The notes under the pieces are model-generated. The model was not told where the DNA came from. It ran no database searches and saw only the letters and a program-made list of their open reading frames with translations. From positions 11,756 through 75,755 of the forward strand of contig NIVC01003813.1 in assembly GCA_002269645.1 (NCBI GenBank): 64,000 nucleotides of DNA, given 5' to 3'. The position numbers and the translations under genes were made by a program. The stretch comes from Macrostomum lignano. Taxonomy: Eukaryota. This document shows positions 12,026-23,364 of the stretch, one piece after another (the first letter of the stretch is position 1; the number at the start of each line of letters is the position of its first letter).

Positions 12026-13360
12026 ATGGCAATTGTCAGACTGTTGCAAAAATACCTGACACTTGCGTTGTTCCTACTGTTAATTCTCGCCCCAATTATC
12101 TGGCGGAGTCGAGTTCGCTCTAAAGAAGATAACAGTAGTGCTGGAATCTGGATGACGATTGAGACAGGTTCGTACTATCAAACCGTTCCGACCGACTCGA
12201 CGGTGACAATGACCCCGTTGACAACAATTTCAACGACTACAACGCCAACGACTACAACATCAACGACTACAACGCCAACGACTACGACATCAACGACTAC
12301 AACGCCAACGACTACAAAGTCAACTACAACTACAGATAGTCCAACAACGACTGCAGTGCCGCCAAAACGGCTGCTGATGCAAGGCAAGATAGGTTGCGGC
12401 GAGCTGCACTCGCTATTCCCAACATCGATTCCTTCCATAGTGCACTGGACTACTAAGAGCGGCCAGATCCCTGCCCAGTTAGTTCCCATGGTAAAGTCGT
12501 GGACTCGGCTATTGAATGTCAGCAATGGCTCCCATCTGAGCTGGAAATTCATGCACTGGGACGACAAGCAGATCTCTGAGCTGGTCTCAAAGCACTACCC
12601 GATGCTGAATCGAACCTACGCTAAGCTGGTCAACGGTCTGGAGCGATCTGACATCGGCAGGCTGGTCGTGCTGCACCACGTTGGCGGCATGTACGTCGAC
12701 ACGGACGTGGAGCTGCTCGGCGATCTTTCGCCACTGGTACTCGCAAGCACGAGTAGCCGCAGTGTGAATGGCTCGGTAAAGAATCTGTCAATCTGCTCAA
12801 CGGCCTACTGGTCTCAGGAGCCGGTTGAGCACGCTCTATTCCTATTCAATCTGCCTAGCATGATCTCCAATGCCGCAATATTCTCCAGGGCTAACCACAG
12901 CTTCCTCAGCTACGTGTTGAACAGGTGGCCAGCCTGGTTTGAGTCGTCGGAATGGTAAAAAAAGACCAACAGGAGGCACGAAGACGCGGTGCTCGTGACT
13001 GGGCCAGTGATGCTGCAACAGTTCTATACCAACTATTCGGCTTTGCCGGTAGTGAACCGATCCTTGGACTGGTGCCAAACTGACCGAATGCTGGCTGAGC
13101 CTGACGAGTTTCAGCCAGTCTGGGACAGCTCCTACATACCGGAGCGATTGCGCACAATCTGTCAGAATCCAGACGGCTTGTCTGCTCTGAAGCGGCGCCA
13201 TTGCAAACGTCTGGCTGGTGAAAAATTCCAGACCAGAGCGATACCAGCTGAGGCATACACTGTGCACAGGTTTATGCACCTCAGCTATACTGACCGAGTG
13301 ATTATGACTAAGTCTCTGCCTATTGGTGACCTGCTGCCCATAGTTAAGTGTAGAATATAG
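12026..13360 (+). pseudogene. GT32-family glycosyltransferase paralogue B with one in-frame TAA at 12956-12958 (nonsense allele, pseudogene or base error)
   Basis: ORFs 12026-12958 and 12989-13360 are in the same frame. W-*-K-K-T-N-R-R-H aligns to W-A-R-K-T-N-R-R-H of paralogue A. Has a signal anchor, a Thr-rich stem (24-bp repeat), the identical GGMYVDTD motif, and the VTGP motif after the stop. Confidence 0.82.
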
Positions 13361-13699
13361 TGTGTTATCGTTATTGTGTACTGTTGTGCCTGAGCTAAAT
13401 GACATTCTACGAGATGAATATACCTCATACCTCACGAGGGTGGCTAGATGATCTCTAAATTCAAAAGTACAGGTTCTCAAGTACAATGTTTCATATTCTT
13501 CTTAATTACATGCAATACAGTGTAATTTGGTAGAAAATGCGTATTGAACCGCTTTGCTCTGATGCATGTACATATACAGAAAATAAATACAATAGTATCG
13601 TACAATGAAACAATCGTACAATAAATAACTACGTAACTATCATCTAAGCCAATCATTTTAGAAAATTGCGATGGATTTATTAGGGATTGTCGATAATAG

Positions 13700-14520
13700 C
13701 ATGAAGTTTAAGCCATAGACTATTTCAATTAACTCTCAGCATGCATTTGAAGCCATAGACTATAGCGATTCACTCTCAGCATGAAGTTGAAGCTATAAAC
13801 TATTGCAATTTACTCTCAGAATGCAGTTGAAGCCATAGACCATTGCAATTCACTCTCAGAATGCAGTTGAAGCCATAGACCATTGCAATTCACTCTCAGA
13901 ATGCAGTTGAAGCCATAGACTATTGCAATTCACTCTCAGAATGCAGTTGAAGCCATAGACCATTGCAATTCACTCTCAGAATGCAGTTGAAGCCATAGAA
14001 TATTGCAATTCACTCTCAGAATGCAGTTGAAGCCATAGACAATTGCAATTCACTCTCAGAATGCAGCTGAAGCCATAGACAATTGCAATTCACTCTCAGA
14101 ATGCAGTTGAAGCCATAGAATATTGCAATTCACTCTCAGAATGCATTTGAAGCCATAGAATATTGCAATTCACTCTCAGAATGCAGTTGAAGCTATAGAC
14201 TATTGCAATTCTCTTTCAGCATGAAGTTGAAGCCATAGAATATTGCAATTCACTCTCAACTAGAAGTTGAAGCTATAGACTATTGCAATTCACTCTCAAC
14301 TAGAAGTTGAAGCTATAGACTATTGCAATTCACTCTCAACTAGAAGTTGAAGCTATAGACTATTGCAATTCACTCTCAACTAGAAGTTGAAGCTATAGAC
14401 TATTGCAATTCACTCTCAACTAGAAGTTGAAGCTATAGACAATTGCAATTCACTCTCAACATGCAGTTGAAGCCATAGACAATTGCAATTCACTCTCAGC
14501 ATGCAGTTGAAGCCATAGAC
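13700..14520. repeat. 40-bp minisatellite (atgcagttgaagccatagactattgcaattcactctcaga), ~20 copies
   Basis: Directly visible 40-nt periodicity. It lies between the convergent 3' ends of GT32-B and PIG-C. Confidence 0.95.
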
Positions 14521-14816
14521 TATAGTAATCCACCCTCTACTGGAATATGGCCCAATTTAAATAACAAAAAAGTAATTATTTTTTTTGAATTTAAAGTAAG
14601 ACAAGTAAAAATGCAGGTAAAAAGCGTAAAGATATCATTCTTAGAAACACGGCATTTTACTTTATTTTTTAAATGGTACAAAACAGAATGTCCTTTAGTT
14701 ACAGAAAAAACATACAGTGAACAGAAAATAGAAAATACAATAATGATGAGCTTTAAGAGACATTACATATGTATTACAGACAGCAATAATTAGTATTGCA
14801 GAAATAATTCCAGAAC

Positions 14817-17800
14817 TCAATGAATCACCGCCTCGTCCCAGGGCCCATGAATATTGTTTTTCTGAGCCTGCATAGCAACAAACATAATTGGGCAGATTAG
14901 CATGATGAAGCAGCTCAATAGAAGGAAGCAGCACGCTGCCGGCATTGAGATGAAGCACATAGCGCATTGAGCAGCCAGATTGAGTAGAAATGTCAGGCCC
15001 AGACTCAATACGGGCTGGAATGGCGAGTGCAGACCGACAGACATGTTCCGGCGCAGCTCCGGCCAGAAGGCGAAGACGAACAGGGCGAGCTCCACTGTGG
15101 TGAATGTGTGCAGCGAGCTGGGCAGGCGGGAGGCCAGGCAGATTGCGGCGAATACGGCCGAGTTTAGGGAGAACGATTTCGATACTCTGGCGGGCGAGCG
15201 AGTTTTATTGTTGTTTTCGATACATATCGGCTCATTGGGCGCTTTATATTCAATTTATTGTTAAATTAAAGTGCGTCAGAGGGTCAATTTGTATTACTTT
15301 CTACGTGTCTTAGCATCTTAGGGTCCAAGTGTTACAGGGTATTAGTGTCTTAGGGTCCAAGTGTTACAGGGTATTAGTGTCATAGGGTCCAAGTGTTACA
15401 GGGTATTAGTGTCATAGGGTCCAAGTGTTACAGGGTATTAGTGTCATAGGGTCCAAGTGTTACAGGGTATTAGTGTCTTAGGGTCCAAGTGTTACAGGGT
15501 ATTAGTGTCATAGGGTCCAAGTGTTACAGGGTATTAGTGTCATAGGGTCCAAGTGTTACAGGGTATTAGTGTCATAGGGTCCAAGTGTTACAGGGTATTA
15601 GTGTCTTAGGGTCCAAGTGTTACAGGGTATTAGTGTCATAGGGTCCAAGTGTTACAGGGTATTAGTGTCATAGGGTCCAAGTGTTACAGGGTATTAGTGT
15701 CATAGGGTCCAAGTGTTACAGGGTATTAGTGTCATAGGGTCCAAGTGTTACAGGGTATTAGTGTCTTAGGGTCTTAGGGTCATAAGGTATACGTGTCATA
15801 GAGTCTTTAGGTCTTAGGGTCTAAGTGCCATAGAATCCAAGTGTCATAGGGTCTAAGTGTCATAGGGTCTTAGTGCCACATGGTCTTCTCTTAAGTAGTA
15901 TGAGTAGTAAGAATAAGTATAGTGAGTAGTATGGAGTGGACGCTAGCGCTGTATTCACTACGCAACTCACATTGCTGCTGAGCCGCCATAGTCGTGGAAA
16001 AGCAGGTTGGCTGTGAGAAAAAATGCCGTCATAGCGTGAATTGTATCGGTACTGATTGTGGCGGTGAGGCTCTTCAATAGCGGCGACCACATCAGGGTGA
16101 AGGCGGTGAGCACCAGCAATAGGCGGCAGTGGCCGAATGCTGAAGTGTTATTGTTAATTAACATTTATTAAAACCCGAAATATTCATGCCCAGTTCCGCT
16201 GAACACAGCACGCACACGCTCATAGTGTCATGCAGTCTTTGTGTCATAAGCTCATAGAGTCATGCAGTCTTTGCGTCATAAGCTCATAGTGTCATGCAGT
16301 CTTTGTGTCATAAGCTCATAGAGTCATGCAGGCTTTGTGTCATAAGCTCATAGTGTCATGCAGTCTTTGTGTCATAAGCTCATAGAGTCATGCAGTCTTT
16401 GCGTCATAAGCTCATAGTGTCATGCAGTCTTTGCGTCATAAGCTCATAGTGTCATGCAGTCTTTGTGTCATAAGCTCATAGAGTCATGCAGTCTTTGTGT
16501 CATAAGCTCATAGTGTCATGCAGTCTTTGTGTCATAAGCTCATAGTGTCATACAGTCTTTGTGACATAAGCTCATAGTGTCATACAGTCTTTGTGACATA
16601 AGCTCATAGTGTCATACAGTCTTTGTGACATAAGCTCATACTCGTAGTGTCATTCAGTCTTTGTGTCATAAGCTCATAGTGTCATACAGTCTTTGTGTCA
16701 TAAGCTCATAAGAGTCATGCAGTCTTTGTGTCATAAGCTCATTGTGTCATACAGTCTTTGTGACATAAGCTCATAGAGTCATACAGTCTTTGTGTCATAA
16801 GCTCATAGTGTCATACAGTCTTTGTGACATAAGCTCATAGTGTCATACAGTCTTTGTGACATAAGCTCATAGTGTCATACAGTCTTTGCGTCATAAGCTC
16901 ATAGTGTCATGCAGTCTTTGTGTCATAAGCTCATAGAGTCATGCAGGCTTTGTGTCATAAGCTCATAGTGTCATGCAGTCTTTGTGTCATAAGCTCATAG
17001 AGTCATGCAGTCTTTGCGTCATAAGCTCATAGTGTCATGCAGTCTTTGTGTCATAAGCTCATAGAGTCATGCAGTCTTTGTGTCATAAGCTCATAGTGTC
17101 ATGCAGTCTTTGTGTCATAAGCTCATAGTGTCATACAGTCTTTGTGACATAAGCTCATAGTGTCATACAGTCTTTGTGACATAAGCTCATAGTGTCATAC
17201 AGTCTTTGTGACATAAGCTCATACTCGTAGTGTCATTCAGTCTTTGTGTCATAAGCTCATAGTGTCATACAGTCTTTGTGTCATAAGCTCATAAGAGTCA
17301 TGCAGTCTTTGTGTCATAAGCTCATTGTGTCATACAGTCTTTGTGACATAAGCTCATAGTGTCATACAGTCTTTGTGTCATAAGCTCATAGTGTCATACA
17401 GTCTTTGTGACATAAGCTCATAGTGTCATACAGTCTTTGTGACATAAGCTCATAGTGTCATACAGTCTTTGTGTCATAAGCTCATAGTGTCATACAGTCT
17501 GTGTCATAAGCTCATAGTGTCATACAGTCTGAGTCATGCAGTCTTTGCAACATAAGCTCATAGTGTCATGCAGTCTTTGTGTCATAAGTTCATAGTGTCT
17601 TGCAGTCTGTCATGCAGTCTTTGCAACATAAGCTCATAGTGGCATGCAGTCTTTGTGTCATGCATTCCTTGTCTCAAGCAGTCTTTGTGTCATGCGTCTT
17701 TGTGTCATGCATCTTTGTGCCATGCATCTTTGTGTCATGCAGTCTTTGTGTCATGCATCTTTATGTCATGCAGTCTTTGTGTCATGTAGTCTTTGCATTT

Positions 17801-18176
17801 CAGTGTCCCAGTTTCCAGTGCGTCATAAATCACCAGTTCGCATAGGTGACAGATCGGATTTGTCAGCGCTGCCAGACGCGCAGAACAGATAGGCCAGGTA
17901 CAGCGGAGGCGCCAGCATCCCCAACCCAAACAGGACCGTCTCCGGAGCCAGAGTGCCCTGCAGCATCAGGCAGTAGGCCTGTACAAACAAGCACAGACTG
18001 CAGAAATGTTGAAACACTCGACCTGTGGCTACAACTACTGTTAGTAGAGAGTGCCGCTTAACGTAGAGATTGCGTTTCAAATCTTCTAAGAAATCGTCGC
18101 CAGTAAAATTGTCCGGCCGTTCGGGCCAGCTGGGTTTGTGCAGACATTTGCGGTGGCTGATGGAGCCGCTGTGCAT
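14817..18176 (-). CDS. PIGC: Phosphatidylinositol N-acetylglucosaminyltransferase subunit C (GPI2), 3 exons, ~293 aa
   Basis: Exons 18176-17834, 16139-15971 and 15186-14817, with GT-AG boundaries and matching phases (1, 2). Motifs PDNFTGDDFLEDL, SPLLKSLTATISTDTI, FHDYG, SLNSAVFAAICLASRL and NNIHGPWDEA. Confidence 0.95.
15319..15860. repeat. 32-bp minisatellite filling PIG-C intron 2 (tagggtccaagtgttacagggtattagtgtca)
   Basis: Directly visible, ~14 regular copies, then degenerate. Confidence 0.95.
16220..17800. repeat. 32-bp minisatellite filling PIG-C intron 1 (gtcatgcagtctttgtgtcataagctcatagt) with a ~583-615-bp higher-order duplication
   Basis: The variant ctcgtagtgtcattcag recurs at 16641 and 17224. 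The variant gcaggctttg recurs at ~16331 and ~16946. Confidence 0.95.
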
Positions 18177-18224
18177 GGCGACTGACTGCGCAGGAATTGT
18201 TAGCGAATTCACAACTGATGTATC

Positions 18225-18225
18225 C

Positions 18226-18266
<41 letters not shown>

Positions 18267-18473
18267 TACTGTCTGTCTGTCTGTCTGTTTGTCTTACTGC
18301 CTGTCTGTCTGTCTTACTGTCTGTCTGTCTTACTGTCTGTCTGTGTGTCTGTCTGCCTGCCTGTCTGTCTGCCTGCCTGTCTGTCTGTCTGTCTGTCTGT
18401 CTTACTGTCTGTCTGTCTGTCTGCCTGCCTGTCTGTCTGTTTGTCTTACTGCCTGTCTGTCTGCCTGCCTGCC

Positions 18474-18566
<93 letters not shown>

Positions 18567-18569
18567 TAC

Positions 18570-18650
<81 letters not shown>

Positions 18651-18730
18651 TACTGTCTGTCTGTCTGTCTGCCTGCCTGTCTTACTGTCTGTTTGTATTG
18701 GTGTCCGTCTATCTTAGTGTCTGTTTGCCT
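18225..18730. repeat. (TCTG)n microsatellite
   Basis: Directly visible. Confidence 0.97.
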
Positions 18731-19079
18731 TAGTGCCTGCCCGTTTACTTTATTAAGGAATAGATAAGCAATAAAGATAAGGATAAACAATTTAACATTT
18801 TTTCATCAGACAATATATTTATGCTTCAGCATATAGTGCACAGCCAAGGATCACTGTATGGTAGCTTGGTGACGTAACAGTTGTCTTTTTGACATTCCAG
18901 TAGTCCGTAAGTACTATCTGATGCTTATGAGATGTATAAAATGAATTGTAAACAAATGAAACATAAGCTACAAATACAGACACAAGATAATGTGTTTGCT
19001 ATGCTATTAAAATACCATTAGAAACGCTGGGTTAGAAACGCAAACTGGTACTAGAATGTCAATTACAAAAGTTAGAAAA

Positions 19080-19540
19080 GCCTCTAGCAGTGTCTCTAGA
19101 AGTGCCCCTAGAAGTGTCTCTAGAAGTGCCTCTAGAAGTGCCTCCAGAAGTGCCTCTAGAAGTGCCTCTAGAAGTGCCTCCAGAAGTGCCTCTAGAAGTG
19201 TCTCTAGAAGTGCCTCTAGAAGTGTCTCTAGAAGTGTCTCTAGAAGTGCCCCTAGAAGTGCCCCTAGAAGTGTCTCTAGAAGTGTCTCTAGAAGTGCCCC
19301 TAAAAGTGTCTCTAGAAGTGCCTCCAGAAGTGTCTCTAGAAGTGCCTCTAGAAGTGCCCCTAGAAGTGTCTCTAGAAGTGCCTCTAGAAGTGCCCCTAGA
19401 AGTGTCTCTAGAAGTGTCTCTAGAAGTGCCTCTAAAAGTGCCTCTAGAAGTGCCCCTAGAAGTGCCCCTAGAAGTGTCTCTAGAAGTGTCTCCAGAAGTG
19501 CCTCCAGAAGTGCCTCTAGAAGTGTCGCTGGAAGTGTCTT
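19080..19540. repeat. 12-bp minisatellite (tagaagtgcctc)
   Basis: Directly visible. It is the source of the SRSA and LEVP ORFs. Confidence 0.95.
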
Positions 19541-19667
19541 AAGGTGCCTTTGGAAGTTTCTACAGAAGTACCACCAAGAGTATCAGACAGTGCGTTTGAA
19601 CTTGTCATTATCATTGCCGTGATATATCTCTCTCTGATTGTGTCTTTCCTATAGCAGACAACTCTAT

Positions 19668-22600
19668 TCAAGCGAAAAGTTGCGCATAGCTGTCACGCAA
19701 CGCCTCCGGTTTCAACCTGTCCAAACGCGTTTGAAAATCGCCCTCAGCTCGTAGCCGTCTGGCCAGCCCTGGCCCACCGCGGCACAGCCAACGCAATCGT
19801 TTAACCAACTGAGCGTCAGTGTTGTACAAACAATCCGATGGGAACAGTTCCGGATAAGCGAGACGACGCGGAGCGAGCGGGTAGCAACCGGCGGATGTGG
19901 CTTCGAGCATGGCTAAACCAAAGAATTCGTGTTCGGCAGTGGACACAACTACGTGACAGGCTGACAGGCAGGCTAAATAGACTTGACGATTCTCTAAGTA
20001 GCCCCAGTGTGCGATCTGATCGGATGGAAGGCGCTTCTTAGCCGCCTCAAAGGCTGGCGGAGGCGGTCCGGCAAACGACTGTCCGAGGATGCACAGAGCA
20101 AAATTTGTTTCGCCCGAGTCGGCCAGAGCGAAGATGGCGGTAAAAAATGAGTCGGGATTCTTGTCGTGCTCCCAACGATGCGGCCAAAGAATTAAAAGCC
20201 GATTGTCTAGCTGATTGGATGGGGACTGAAGGAATGAAGGATAGAGCTCAGTGTCCGATGGTGGCTGCTGGAGAGCCTCCAGTTCTTGAGGTTGTTGTTG
20301 CTGTTGGATGCTACGTTGTTTCTGAGTGTCTAGATCTTGTTGCTGAGTGCATAGACCATGTTGCTGAGCATCTAGACTTTGGTGCTGAGCGTCTAGATCT
20401 TGTTTCTGAGCAGAAATCCGCGACCTCTTCGGTTCCAGCTGGCCATCAGCAAGGCTAGCCAGCGGAACAATAGGCAGGTATAATATCTGAGACTTAGCAG
20501 CAATCCCAGTACCCAGACCGCGAGTTCTGTAGTCGGGCATAGCATTGAGAAATGAATCGATACCGTGCAAAAAAGTATCCATATTGTGCCGGGAGTTGAA
20601 CAGCACAAGGTCGGCGGCCAGTGCGGTGAGTATCTGATTGTAGCCATACTGGAAATCTCTCTCGCCTCTCGCATCTTTCTAACCGGATAGACCAGCTGGT
20701 TCTCGTGAAAATAAACTAATTTCTTTGTAGCTGCCAGACACGGACAGAGACCCACTAGTTCGGCTAGGCTGAGCACGCTGCTGCAGAACAGGTGACTAAA
20801 CTGCTTGTCTGAAAATTTTATGTTTAGACAACAGATACTAAAGTAACTAGATGGGCCACTCAGGCATATATACTTAGTAAAACAGCTTTCTACTTTCAGT
20901 TCAGTAGCAAAGAAGAATGCATAAGCTATTTTATAAAAAAAGGCAGCTGAAATGACTTTGATAAGTTTAGAAGCCCAAGCTTGCAGGCGTAAACAACTTG
21001 CTAATTGGTACGGCAGTAATGTACATTGGCCAGTCCACTGAAATGTCAGCCTTAGGCTGATATTCCGAGACAGGCAATAAAAATTGGGGCGGGGCGGGGC
21101 GGGGCGGGCGAGGGGTAGGGGTAGTGTGGAAAGGCGTGGTTGGGAGTTTAAGCTTGGGGGTAAGAGCCAATAAATGAACTTTGGCTTTAAAAATGCTTCC
21201 GTTTAACTTGCTACTGAACTGAAAGTAGCTTACACACAAATGTGCTGAGTGGCCCAACCAGTTATTCTAGTATCTGTGGTTTAGACAGAGAAATTAAGAA
21301 TCAGTGCGCAATTTAACAATAAAAAGCGTATTTGTTACTAACAGTAGCAACTCAAATCTGATTTAAACTGCTGCGCTGGGCGTGGTTAAAATATCGCTAC
21401 TATAATCATTAAAAAATCGATCGATTCCTATAAAATGGAATTTAAAGACAGCTGGCAACAGTTTGTATAGATTATAGTTCTACTTAGCTAACCGATACGA
21501 ACCAGTTCTTTACAAAATAAAACACTGTGTGTGTGCACGATAGAGTGCAGTGCAGGTACTGCGTAGCCAGCATGACAAGGTGAACCAGAGTTAACGAGTG
21601 AATGCTTGGCTATTGGAACCATTGTGATCAGTGTTAGCACCATTGGGAACAGTACTATCGTTATTTAGGATCACTATTAATGTTATTAGGATCAATATTC
21701 CAGCCCTTAGGATCAATACTAGTGTTATAAGGATAAATTATTAGAGATATTATTAGGACCAATATTAGCGTCCTTAGGATCAATACTAGCTAGATATTAG
21801 GATCCATATTAGATATTAGGATAGACATTCGCTAAATTAGGATCATAATTAGTGCCACTAAGATTAATATGAGCACCATTTACACCAGAATGTAAAACTA
21901 GTTCGTGATTTTCGGCGTCTGTAATGCAACGACCCCAGCCAGCTATAAACATATTGAACAAAACATTACAAAAGCAATATAAGACAAGGAAGAAGAGACA
22001 GCCACAACAAAGGAATTAACACAGCTAATCTAAGGAATGCTCAAACCAGTACATTGTCCATTGCCCTACTGATTGATGTGCACAAGGACATTTACCGTCT
22101 TGGTGGCAATCCGTAAAGCAGATTATCTCATACGGCACTTGCGTAGGAGTCAGCATAGGACTACGACCCAAAGGTTCAATGCAGTGCAAAAATGCTACAG
22201 CCATAAATTTACTCACTGAATACGAACTAAACTGCTCAGACACCACACTGATCCCACAAAACTGCTCAGACACCACACTAATCCCACAAAACTGCTCAGA
22301 GACCACAATGATCCCACAAAACTGCTCAGACACCACACTGATCCCACAAAACTGCTCAGAGACCACAATGATCCCACAAAACTGCTCAGACACCACACTG
22401 ATCCCACAAAACTTCTCAGAGACCACACTGATCCCACTAAACTGCTCAGAGACCACAATGATCCCACAAAACTGCTCAGACAACACACTGATCCCACAAA
22501 ACTGCTCAGACACCACACTGATCCCACAAAACTGCTCAGAGACCACAATAATCCCACTAAACTGCTCAGACATCACACTGATCCCACAAAACTGCTCAGA

Positions 22601-23248
22601 CACCACACTGATCCCACAAAACTGCTCAGAGACCACAATAATCCCACTAAACTGCTCAGACAACACACTGATCCCACTAAACTGCTCAGAGACCACAATA
22701 ATCCCACAAAACTGCTCAGACACCACAATGATCCCACTAAACTGCTCAGACACCACAATGATCCCACTAAACTGCTCAGACACCACAATGATCCCACTAA
22801 ACTGCTCAGACACCACACTGATCCCACAAAATTGCTCAGACACCACACTGATCCCACAAAATTGCTCAGACACCACACTGATCCCACTAAACTGCTCAGA
22901 CACCACAATAATCCCACAAAACTGCTCAGACACCACAATGATCCCACAAAATTGCTCAGACACCACACTGATCCCACAAAATTGCTCAGACACCACACTG
23001 ATCCCACAAAATTGCTCAGACACCACACTGATTCCAACACGGAGCCGCTCACCCTTAGCAGCCTCGGCCACCTGTTGTGCCACGTGCAGCGCGGAGCACC
23101 TGGCTCGCCAGTGCCACTTCTTAGCCGTCATGGCAACCAGATGCCAGCAGCCTGGCGGCAGAATCTCCCCAGTCAGGTAGTCAATTAGCTGCCGATGCGA
23201 GCCGCCGTAAAATGGCTCGATAATTAGGACTAACGGCTGGGTTGACAT
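19668..23248 (-). CDS. GTDC1: GTDC1 / tRNA-queuosine alpha-mannosyltransferase (DUF3524 plus GT-B), 2 exons, with an apparent frameshift at ~20655-20675
   Basis: Exon 1 is 23248-23053 (IIEPFYGGSHRQL, KKWHWRAR; donor gtgagc). Exon 2 is 20808-19668 (acceptor ttttcag, phase 1). YFHENQLVYPV is in one frame; ERDFQYGYNQIL, WPHRWEHDKNP, HEFFGLAMLEA and YPELFP are in another. Confidence 0.92.
22235..23035. repeat. 30-bp minisatellite in the GTDC1 intron (actgctcagacaccacactgatcccacaaa)
   Basis: Directly visible, ~26 copies, starting ~17 nt inside the donor site. Confidence 0.95.
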
Positions 23249-23364
23249 CGAAGCGTTGGGCTGAAACTAAGGTATATAATAAATGCATTATTATAATTGT
23301 ACTAACTGCCTATCAGACTACAATTTTATGAGCTTGATTTATAAGCGGATATTTCAATTCGGGC

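Noticed and set aside
22179-23180. 333-aa + strand ORF of NCSDTTLIPQ repeats (a sequon in every unit) and the 407-aa extension of GTDC1 exon 1
   Set aside because: A stop-free 30-bp intronic minisatellite explains both. A strong donor at 23052 and a phase-matched acceptor at 20809 give the conserved GTDC1 sequence.
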